From: Cenococcum geophilum
Lineage: Eukaryota
Assembly: GCA_050273025.1 (NCBI GenBank)
Contig: CP158635.1
Coordinates: 18,352,001 to 18,416,000 of the forward strand
Length of the DNA stretch: 64,000 nt
Direction of reading: 5' to 3'
Part shown: positions 26,740 through 38,300 of the stretch, one piece after another
Numbering within the stretch: position 1 is the first letter of the stretch
How the letters are laid out: each line of letters begins with the position of its first letter
Made by a program: the position numbers and the translations under genes
Notes under the pieces: generated by a model
What the model was told of the DNA's origin: nothing
Database searches by the model: none
The model's input: the letters and a program-made list of their open reading frames with translations, nothing else

Positions 26740-29700
26740 TATTATAGTGCTATAATAAAGTAGACTAAATAACTACGTTATAGCATAAAGAGGGGAAGAA
26801 GGTAGAAAGGGGGTATTGTATATAAATAGTAGGGCTAGCCGCTAAGTCATTAGTAGTGGGCTAGCTAATATTAGGAAATAGTACAAGACAGTATAAAACA
26901 GTATACGTTAGGTTAGTGCCGTAACAGTACTCTTCTCCCCTAAATAGTTTAGTCCCTAAACTAAATAAATAACTTAAAAATAGGCAGTATACAGGATTGC
27001 CTATTTTTTACTATAAAGATATTAGTTCCGCTTACCGCCCTTAACTAAGCTAATAGCGATTTTCTATACCGGGCATAGAAAATCCTAATTAGTTAGTTTA
27101 GTAAGTAAGGTTAGCAGAACTTTATACCGCCACCTAAATTAATCCGCATGGCGTTTTTTAGTAAGAGTTTAGCTAATTAGATAACTTTAACCGCTAGTTA
27201 AAGTTTTATAACATCTTAACTACTACAAATTTTAATACGGTGGTTAGCCGCAACTTTAGTATGACTTTTTCTTATCTTGTGCCCAGTCTGGGGGTCCTAG
27301 CTTCTTAGGGTATTACTTATAAAAGCGCTATATAGCTTATTTATAACCCTTTAGGTCTTTTTTTTAGCTGCTAAGTTATATCCTTATAATATTTCCATTT
27401 AATCTTATAAGTTAGGCCCTGGGGGTCTTTATTATATATATTAAGGATTTTCTTAAACTCCTATTTATCTTCTATATTGCCGTTATTATCTCTCTCTCTA
27501 CCACTTATCCTTATATATTACGGCGCTCTATAGTATTAATATTTACTTAGCTAGGGATCTCTTTAGCAGCCTAGAGGCGGACCTTAGATATATAAAAGAA
27601 TTTATTTACTTAAATATGGTTTAGGAGGTCTACTATAACTACCCCTTAGTATACTGCAAGTATGGGGTATAGGCCGTCCCATTTATCGTCCTATTTCTTC
27701 TTAAGTTTTTTTATCTTTATATTTTCTAAGCTAACTATAACTATATCGCCTTCATAGAATAACGCGCTCTTATCCCTATAGGTATTAGTATTATCTTTAT
27801 AGCGTTACTGTAAAATCCGGGCTAGGGCCTTAAGCTATATTAATATCCGCTTAAAGCGGTTGGCTATAGAGTTTACGCAAAAAAACTCCTTCTTTACTTA
27901 TACTAATAGTGTTAATAGGTAGGGGCTAGTAGGCTTAATTCCGAGGCGAGGGTTAAAGCTATAGTTTATAAAAAAATGGGGAGATACCTGTGCTCTTATT
28001 AACTTGGTTATTTATAGTAAACTTAGTAAGCGGTAGGTAGTTAACCTAGTTATTTTATATAAAGCTAATAAAGGTATAGAGGTATTTATTTACGGCAGCG
28101 TTAATAATTATAGTTTAGCTGTCCGTTTCTAAGTATTAGGCTAAGCTTAGTTATAAGGTTGTCTTAAGGCGTTTACTTAGTTATTGCTAGAAGTCGCTAA
28201 TAAATTATATACCGTAATTAGAGATAATTGTACTTAGTACATTATAGAGCTTATATACGTTATTAATAAAGCTATTAACTAGCTCCTTTATTAAGAGTCC
28301 TATTACTAAAATAAGGTGTTATATTTTAGTTAAGCGGTTTATAATAATAAGGATATATTTATATATTTTACTATAGTATTAATATACCGGTAGCGTTATA
28401 ATATAGTTAATTAAGATATTAGTTTATAGGCAGGTAGGTAATTTTAATAGCTTTAAAAAACCGGGTAAGGTAGAATAGGGGGTCTTAGTATAAAAATATA
28501 GGGTATAGTCTTTAATAAAGGTAGCTATAAACTAGGAGATTCCTAGCTACTAGTATATTTGGTTTAAAAGGTTAAGAGTTTTAACCCAGCTAGGGTAACT
28601 AGTAGGGCCGCTACTATAAGAGCGATAGGTAACTTTTAGGTAAAGGTTTAGGGCGTTAGGGACAAAGAGATATTAGCGGAAGTAGATTTATCTATTAATA
28701 ATATTATATTCTAACTTATTACAACAAAGTAATTTCCTAATTTTTTTTAGCTAATAGTAAGCTTTCTAATTATATAGGGCCGCTATTATATCTCTTACGA
28801 GTTTATTCTCCTAGTATTCTAACTAGATTAACTTATCTAGTAACTTTTCGGCTATTTTAGGGTCTAGAGTGGCTATAAACTCCGTATTATTAGAATTATA
28901 GGACTTATATAGTAATTCTTCTAAGATTATAGGGTTAACTTTTTAGGGCGGTATAATAACTTAGGCTTAGTAGTGGAGGTATTTATTATTAGTGTCCTTA
29001 GGCCTTATTTCTAGTAGCTAGCTTAGGGTATTAGGGAGCGTAGCTTTGCTATTAGGTCTATATATAACTATAAAGTTAAACTATAAAAGGGACTCTGCCT
29101 ACTAGACTTAGCACTAATTTAGCTGCTTAGTAATTATAAACGTCTATAGATTTTTATAGTTAGTAATAATTTTAAACGGCTCCTTAGTCCCTTATAGCTT
29201 AGGACGCTATTTCTTTAAAGCTTTAATAATAGCTAAGAGTTCTTTATTATAGATCTTATAGTTATACTCTAGCGTAAAGTGCTTTATAGAGAAGAATACG
29301 ACCAGTTTTAATTTTCCATCGTTATTATACTAGGAAAGGACTCCGCTAAAAGCCTAATTTAATACATCTGTCTCTACTACTATTTTCTTTATATAGTTAT
29401 AGTATGCTAATACTGGTGCTAAAGTAAAGGCTCCCTTAAGGGCCTTAAACAATTTAGCTTGTTTTAGTCCCTATAGCCATCTAATATCCTTCTTTAGGAG
29501 TTTTATTATAGGTATAGCGATATTAGAGTAGCCTTAGATAAATCGTTAGTAGAAGTTCGCAAAGCTAAGAAATTATTATAGTTCTTTAGTTAATATCGGG
29601 TCCTTTTATTCCTATAAGGCCTGTACCTTTTCAGGGTCTATAGTTATGCTATTAATTAAGATAATTAAGCTAAGGTATTTTATTTTAGTAGAGTAGAACT

Positions 29701-32700
29701 TAGACTTATTAATATTAATCTAAAGTCTAGCATTACTAAGTCTTTAGATAACTTTATTTATATACTTAGTATACTTAGCATATATTTTAGAAAAGATAAG
29801 GACGTTATTAAGGTAGGTAGTATAGTAGCTATTAAGGGCGTTATATAGAATATAGTTAATATAGTTTTAAAATATAGTAGGTGCGTTATAGAGGCCAAAT
29901 AGTATAATTAGTATCTTATAGAGTCTAAACCGGGTAATAAATACTATAAGCTACTTATGGCTCTTTATAATCCGGATCTGGTTAAACGCAGTAATTATAT
30001 TAAGTTTAGTAAAGTACTTAGCACTATAAAGTACGTTAAGTGTCTCGCGGATTAGCGGTAATAGGTACCGATTTTTAATAGTAACTATATTTAGGCCTTA
30101 GTAGTTATAGTAAATTCGTATACCGCTGCCAGGCTTAGCAGTAAGGAGGAGTGGTATAGTAGCTAGTAAGGTTAATTTGCGGATAAAACCCTTATCTAGT
30201 ATCTTATTAATCCACTTCTTTATATACCTAAGTTTAGTAGGTAAGAGTAATCTATTTTTATAGTACGGGGCCTAGTTTCTAGAGATAATCTTAATTTTAT
30301 GGTCCTATAGTTGGTAAGGGGGCAGCTTATCTATATTCTTAGGGAGGAAGTGCTTAATATATTTACGAAACTCCTCTAGTAGGCGTTATAGAATATCTTT
30401 ACGGGTTAATTCTAGTTTGCTTTTTAGGAATTTTTAATATTAGTATTAACTATCTTCCAACGTAAAAGCTTGGGTTTAGTTTTTAGATTTATTTTAAGGA
30501 AGTTATAAAAATAGGGGGGGAGCACTTTATAGGCTTCCTTTATTATATAGTCGCCTTCTACTAGCTAGCGAAAAAACCTTTCTAATAGGTTTAGTACTTC
30601 TATTAGGCCTATAGGCAGCTCTTCCAGCAGCTATTAGTGCTTATCTTATTTAACTAGTTCTACTAGCTTCGCTATATAGATCCTTATTACCTTTACGTCT
30701 TTTTATTTATAGAACTAGGTGAAATTAATAGTATAAGTGTATTTAATATTGTCTAGGTTAGGGCGTATTTAGTTCTTCGGTGCTATAGCTAAGCTAGTAT
30801 AGCTTAGTTAACCTAGGGGGGCGGAAATAAGGCAGTAGCCTTATATAGTACGCGCGGGAGATAGGTATAAGGTTAGGCGTTACAGTAGCGCGGTTTCTAT
30901 TATCTAGGTTTTAGTAGTTCTATAGCTAATCCTTACTATAACGCGAGCTATAATATGCGTATATAGTATATAGCTTAGTTCTAAGTATTAGACTAGGTAG
31001 CTAGGGTTTAAATAGTACCTAGGTTAGGGTTAGATTCTTAGTAGTAGCGGTATAAAGCGGACCTTATTTCTAGGTCTTAGCAAGGCTAGCTAGCCCGTTA
31101 TTTTAGTCTTAAGTACTAAAATAGTCCAGTTTTCCACTGTCTTATTTCTTTGCAGCTATATAAGCTCCCCTTTATTAAGAACGTCTTTTACTATTAGGGC
31201 TTTATATATAGTCCTAGGTACTAGGCTTAGTAGTGCTAAGTATCTATATAAGGCGTCCCTACTACCGTTAGTTATCCCCTATAGGAGGTAGTGCCTAGAG
31301 TAGTAGTCTAAGTTAAAGTAGATCTTAAGTTTCCTAAAGCTAGGACGGGGCTTATACTTTTAAAGCTAAGGCATACCTAGGATAATTAGGGTAGTAGGTA
31401 AGAGTTTAATAATAAAAAAGAGCATAGCTTTAGTATAGAGGCCGATTAACATTTAGGTGGTAAAGTAGTCCGTAATAAGCAAAGTTAGGATACTATTTAT
31501 AAGGCGCAGTGGCCTAGGTACTAGTAGCTTCTTAGTTATAATATTATACTTTCTTATAATAGACTTTGCGTCGGCAAATGCTATTATAGTACTACTTAAG
31601 TCGACTAGGCTTACTATATTAATATAAACTTAGGGGTATAGGTTATGTAATAAGAAGAGTTAGGTTTAAATAAGGATTAATTTCTTATTACTATTTACTA
31701 ATCTAAGATTAAGTAGTAGCTTACTAATAGAAAGGACTAATTAATTTAGTAATAGGGACCTAATCTTCTTATCTTCCTCCTTATATAGTTTAGACCCTTA
31801 AATACGACTTAGTCTAAAGGTTTACCTTTTAATAACTAGGGTACGGGGCTGTCTTAGCAGGGCGGTCTAGTGTCCGTCTAGCTAGCGGTATTAGTTTTAG
31901 TCTTAGTTAGGGTATAGGAAGATAATACCTCGCTAATAACATAGCTATATTTGTATTCGCTAGTACGGAGTCGCCAATACTAGGCATTATTAACGGGTTA
32001 GGCTCCTATATAGGGTATGGTTTAGAGTAACTAAGCTATAGGGTTAAAGGGGGGGAGTCGTCCGCCGCGGCTATAATAGGCTCTATAGTTGCCGCGTTTA
32101 TAATAAACTCTATAGTCGCCGCGTCCGCGGTTATTAGTTCGCGTTATTTAATAGGGTGGTATTAGGACTAGGTTTACTATCTTAGTGGGGTTATAGGCGT
32201 CCTTTTAGTGGCTAGGTAGGCCATAGGCAAGGTATAGTCTATTATTAACGCGGCGCTTACGCTTTATATCTAAGATTCTATTAAGGTCTATAGGTTCTCC
32301 AGTTACTGCTAGGGTTAGGGTTAATATAGGGGCAGAGGCTTAGGTAGGTAGGCGGTAGTTAGCGTTCTTCTTAAGGTTAGCTTAGTGTGTATAGTTTATA
32401 AGGTTCTTAGCAAATATATCTATCTACTTACTTTAACCTATATAGTCGCTATTATTAATTTTATAGGTAAGTTTAAGTACCAGCTCTTCTATCTTTAGAG
32501 AGATAAACTTTTAGAGTAGGTCCACCTTCTATTTATCTATTTTCTTAGCGCGGACTATTAGCTTATTAAGCTCACCCTTCTAGGACTAGTAATTACGCTC
32601 GCCCTAGGAAAAATAGTTAAGCTTATTCTTTGTAACCTAGGTTATATTAAGGACCTTATAGTAGGCAGTAAGGTCTTTAAGTATATCTTTTTTAGTGGGC

Positions 32701-33657
32701 CATTTCTACGCAGATATATTGTTTAGGTTCTTATATATAAGCTTTAGGCCCTACTTAATAAACTTATAGGCCTTATCCTCTAGTATATCTAAGATATAAA
32801 GGATCTGGGACTAAACTATATTAAAGTAGTCCTAGTCCCGGTTAAAGACTCCCTTAATCTTAATATGCTAGGTCTTAAAATTAGCTTATTATTCTAGCGG
32901 GGTACCTTTTCCGCTAAATATTAGTGGGTCTTTAGATCTCCGTTTTTTCTACTAGGTTATTACCATTATTATAGGGGTCAATTATTTTAGAACGGCGATA
33001 GTCTCTATTTAAGAGTTAATAGTTCCTATTTAGAAAGCAATAAGGGCACTAAGGTTTTCGTTAGCTTTCTTATTGGCGGTATTTATATTATATATATACT
33101 ATAGTCCTACTTTAATATTATTAAGGAACTCATTAGTATAGTTAATAAGGGTAAGGTAAACTTTACTAGGCTTAAAGGTCTTAGGGTACGGTAGGGAGCA
33201 GCGGATTGTTTACGCGATATTAGGGTATATTTCTATAAAGAGGTTTACAAAAACGTTGCGGGGGTTCTAGGTTTTAGCAATTTTGGCATTATTAGTGTCG
33301 CCTATTTAGGCGCTAGGTAAAAACTAAGGATTATTCTAGGACTATACTAGGGATATATTAGTTTTAGCAGAGGCGCGTATAGGTTGCAATTGCTTTAGGG
33401 CGGAGGTTAATTAGCTAGGGTATAAGGAATTAGTAATCACAATAGGGCGTAAATTAAATATACTATAAACTATTATAGTGCTGCAATAAAGTAGACTAAA
33501 TAACTACGTTATGGTATAAAGAGGGGAAGAAGGTGGAAAGGGGGTATTATATATAAATAGTAGGGCTAGCCGCTAAGTCACTAGTGGTGGGCTAGCCAAT
33601 AGTAGGAAACAGTACGAGACAGTATAAAACAGTATGCGTTAGGTTAGTGCCGTGACA
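26740..33657 (-). mobile_element. Ty3/Gypsy (chromodomain-bearing) LTR retrotransposon D (RIPed), inserted in the B integrase
   Basis: 187-bp LTRs 26740-26926 and 33471-33657; TSD TAAAA at 26735-26739 and 33658-33662; minus-strand RT motifs KYFTKL..AFNQIRI (~29970-30020) and YLNN (~29810); chromodomain-like YxIKWK at ~27400. Confidence 0.96.
27009..27205. other. Shared palindromic module, copy in Gypsy D (hairpin 1 27050-27092, hairpin 2 27183-27205)
   Basis: CTAATAGCGATTTTCTATACCGGGCATAGAAAATCCTAATTAG and AACTTTAACCGCTAGTTAAAGTT. Confidence 0.85.
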
Positions 33658-34092
33658 TAAAAATATATCCGACGTTTTATATAAACTTACTGTAACCTTT
33701 AAAAGGTAAACCTTTAACTCGCGAAGTGCCGCCGCTATCTTCTATAATTATTAATAAGGGCAATAGTTTTTACTTTATTAACTTAATTAATAATATACGA
33801 TAGAAAATATAATCTAAATAATTTAAACTTCTTATTAAATAGGAAGGATATAAAATATAAACCTAGAAAACCTATAACTAGATTAAGGCTAACGCGCCTT
33901 CCTTAGTAAAAGAATTTTATAAGGACTATTCTTTGCGGCCTACTTTAGCTAAATAGACATAATATAAAGGCAAATAACTGCTACCTAATATAAATATATA
34001 AAACATAGTAGCAGAAAGCTCGAAATTAAAAAAAAACTTAAAATATATTATAATGTTTATAATATAATTATATAATACATAAAATATTAAGG

Positions 34093-34274
34093 AACTTTAA
34101 CCGCCAGTTAAAGTTATCTAATTAGTTAAATCCGCCTTACTAAGACCTACTATAAAGATATTAGTTCTGCTTACCGCCTTAACTAAGCTAATAGCGATTT
34201 TTTATCTTAGGGATGGAAAATCTTAATTGGCCTATCTAACGATAGAATTAGTAAAACTCTATACTGCTACCTAA
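34093..34274. other. Shared palindromic module, copy in Gypsy B (hairpin 2 34093-34115, hairpin 1 34188-34230)
   Basis: AACTTTAACCGCCAGTTAAAGTT and CTAATAGCGATTTTTTATCTTAGGGATGGAAAATCTTAATTGG. Confidence 0.85.
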
Positions 34275-34899
34275 CGCGATAAGTTATAAGTCTTAACTAA
34301 AATTAAATTATTTGGACCTTTGGCTAAAAGGGGGGGTACTATAACGGGACTAGCCTAGTTATAGTAGGAATATTTTAATAAAACACTTAACAGATAAATT
34401 CTAACGCTTTAACTAAATTCTGCCAAATTCTACTAGCTTAATCGACTTCTGCTAAATTCTGCTAAATTAATTAAATTTTACCGAAGTCTATTAAAGACCG
34501 CGTGCGTATATACGCACGGATTGACTACTAAGCCCCTAACTATTTAATTATATAATTCTCTTATTATTCCTTTCTCTTCTTTACGTAATGTCTTGTTCTT
34601 AGCGAGAGCTATATACCCTTAGATTTAGATAGAATTTATATCATTCCTTCAAATCTTCCCCGAAGTCTCTCCCCGCCCTTATACCTTTAAACAATCTCCG
34701 CTACGTATAGCATTCTATAATTAATATATATAATAGCCGCTGTGCAGGCCGCTATATATATTAGACGCCTAGTATCCTATCTATATAAATATATTTATAG
34801 TCCCTTCCTACTCTTTATAATATTTAGCGGCCTAAATTTTATATATAGCTGTAATTAGACCTTTAAATAGTATACTATACGCGACTATTAACTAATCTT

Positions 34900-35390
34900 T
34901 CCCGCGCCTAGTAACCCTTTATAAATACATCCCCTTTCCTAATATTTAATAGTTTTTAATTTTAACCTCTACTCTAAAATAGGCGTTTAAATAGTATATA
35001 GCTAATACATCTATAAAACTAGCGGCGGGGTAAAGAACTTAGAGGTATATAGGATGTGCTTTAGTAGATTTATTTATAGCGTCTTCTTACTATCTAGCAA
35101 CCCTAACTTACGCCTTAAGCACTATTCTTAGCCTTTACCGATCTTTACTACCCGCGATATTAATAGTGTCCTTATATTTTATAAACGTCTAATATAGCTA
35201 GGGGTAAGAAGATATTTACCCTATAGAAACCCTCTTTTTACCTTAATACGTTTAATAACCTTTATTTAAGACAGGTATTTACTAGTCTTTATTACTTATA
35301 GCACTAGCATTAATTAGGCATTAGTACTTCTAGAAAAAGTCTTTATTACCTACCATATATATATTTTTTTAGGCTAACTTAGCTAGTTTA
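34900..35390 (+). pseudogene. Probable 5' part of the same unidentified gene, separated by the A2 insertion and the inversion
   Basis: TSD pairing (GTTTA) makes 35390 originally contiguous with the reverse complement of 52235 downwards; coding status of this half is inferred. Confidence 0.35.
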
Positions 35391-38300
35391 TATTACGGAC
35401 GCTTTAAGTACAATATTATAACTACTTAGAGAAGAGTCGGAAGAAGCTAGTTAGTTAATTTAGGCACGGTTTAGGATAGAGCCGATAGAGCTATATAACG
35501 AGGAATAGTAACTAAGGTTATATAATGTTGTACGTAGTATACGCAGTATATAAAGGGAATGTACGTATAATATATATAACACGTACCTTACGTATAAAGG
35601 GGATTTCTTAGGAGTACGGTTGTGTATTTAAAGGACCACAGTCCCTACCTAGATAGTTCTCTCCTTTATAGTAATTTTTAGAATATAATTAGAGTTAATC
35701 TATTAGGTAACCACTCCACTAGTTATTATTACGTTATTAACTTTTGTCTTTATATTACCTATATACCTAGTCTATTACGGAACACCCCTATAATACCTTG
35801 CACACGTCCACCTATCTCTACTAACTCAGCAATTAGAGACTAACCGCGAAATGGCAATCTAACGGCAATCTAATGGCAATTTAACGGCAATCTATGGCAT
35901 TCTGCTATATTCTGCCAAGTTCCACTAAATTCTACTAAGTTCTACTAGGACTACAACCTAAACCCTATTCTGCCTATATACGTGTTAACTAAGTAACTAA
36001 GTTAACAATATATACCCTTTCTTCCTATTTTCCTACCTTCTTTCCTTACGCAACGTCTTAACCTCCTTACACAGTTTATATACATAGCTTAATAATATCT
36101 ACCTTGCTATATATTATCGTCGCTTATACTTACTCCGTAACACTACGTTGCGTCAACTACCTATACTACCGTTAATATGCAGAACAAACCTAAAGCCCCT
36201 ATAACGGCCGCTAGTATTATATCTATACTTTAAGAATAATTAGTAGAGATATAGAAGTCTTTTATAAACGCCATTAAACAAAACTAAGCTACTTTAAATT
36301 AACAATAAGCCAAATAAAAAGCACGATACTAGTAATTAATTAAGAACCTCTAAGAAGAAGTCCGCGCCCTTAAAATACCTACACCAGAACCTTAAGACTA
36401 AACGCTATCTCTAGAGATAAATACGCGGAGCGCAAGCCCTAAACCTATAGTAGCTACTATACTAAAACGATCCAAACAACTCCTAGATCCCCTAGTATTT
36501 ACTAGTAAATAATAAAAGCTCTAATTATTTCTAAGCCAGCTTAAAAATAAGCTAACTAATAACGCTAACTATTACCTAACTAAAGCCAACTAACTCTGTT
36601 ACGCCCTAAGTTAACTAGAAGGAGATATAGCTAACCTTATTAAACCGCTTTAGCCAAACTTAGTATAAAGCCTAGTTATACTTCTTAAAGCTATATATAG
36701 TAACCTAAACCGCTAAGCTACTGCTTAAAGAAAGATAAACTATATAACTTAAGGAATAAAAAGTTTCCCAGTATACTTCTCTAAATTTAACTATTATGTA
36801 AAGGAAATAGGCTAGAACAACTCCGCACTAATTAACAGCCTTATTAAATCCTTAAGCCCCAAACTAAAAACCTCCCTAATAGGCGTAGACCTACCGGGAG
36901 CCCTTAATGCCTGCGCAAATATTATTAATAAATAATATAATAATATACTACGCCTAACACCGAAACCCACTCTATAATATAATACGGCAACCCCGCGAAT
37001 GTTTATTAAGTTATTGTCACAGCCTAAGCACCCTAACGCTATAGATATTAACACTAGGACCCTAGGGTACGCCCCACTAGGGTCCTCTAAATAAGAATAA
37101 CACATTAAGCTAGGCCTCTGCTTTAAATATAGAAGTAGCTCTTACCTCTCTAACTACTGCTCCGTCCCTATACCTAAATATAAATTACAAACGGCTAATA
37201 CTAGCAGCCGTTTACCGTATTAATCCCCCGGCTACCGTCCCTAATCTCTATCTGGTTCCAGCCCTATATCTAATAAGTACTATTTATAAAGACAAAGCTA
37301 TAGCCGACGTCCTATAAGAACCCCACCCTAATCGCCTCTAAAAGGAAGGTCCTAGAGCTAAGTCGCTCTTTAGGACGGCTCTACTATAGAATCTCATTAA
37401 ACGCATTTAACGTCATAAACTCCAACTCTTAGGACCGTAGCATAACTATTAACTGCCGTCTTCAGCAGAATAGTTAATAGGCTAATACTTAAATCCTAAT
37501 TAACACAGGAGCTAGCGGCATAGGATTTATTAATAAGATCTTTATATAAAATAATGGTTTTACCCTAACCCCCCTTAACTAGTATATTAATATATTTAGA
37601 TTTAATAGTAAACGCACCGTCTTAGGCCGTATTACCCACGTAGTATTCCTAAGACTCTAATACCTAAACTATAAAGAATTAATTAAACTTTTCGTTACCA
37701 CCCTAGGTTACTTAGTAATTTTTAAATAACCCTAGATAAAGCTATATAAGGTAACTATTAATTAGGATAACCTTAAGCTTCTATTTACCGCCTCCCGCTA
37801 TAAGTAAAAGTGCCTTATAACTTATTACTTAGACCTAAAACTAAAATCTAAGAAATCCACCACAATCTACTAGTCTAAAATTTCTATAACTGTCTACCCT
37901 ATACCTAAGAAATCTACCAGATTCTACCAACCTAGGAATTCCACTAAATTCCACTAATATAAGATTTCCACTAATGTCCACTCCACGTTTAAGAATTCTA
38001 CCGACATCCATTAAGGATCTAAAAACTCTACTAAATTCTATAAGTTATTACTAAGCACTATACCGCCCCGAGCTAAGTAAAAGCTTAAGCTCTATATACA
38101 AAAATACTAAAAGGACTAATATTCTACTATAAAAAGGATTCTTAAAGAACCCGAACCTAAATCTAATACTAACTCTATACCTAATACTAAACCTAAACCT
38201 AAATAAGAAACTATAGACAACCCAAGCAAGCTTAGTACCCTAGATATCCGCATAATTAGAGCTACCCCGCTAGCGCAACTTACTAAGAAACCCGAGTATA

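Larger units (their letters stand above)
1475..34683 (+). mobile_element. Ty3/Gypsy LTR retrotransposon B (RIPed), host to A1, C2 and D
   Basis: 5' LTR split by A1 (1475-1505 + 15499-15821); 3' LTR 34340-~34683 after polypurine tract AAAAGGGGGGG; gag/protease/RT 15822-18613 (AYINNILIY = RIPed YIDD at ~18326), RNase H/integrase 24869-26739, C-terminus 33658-~34020. TSD and 3' LTR end not clean. Confidence 0.92.
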
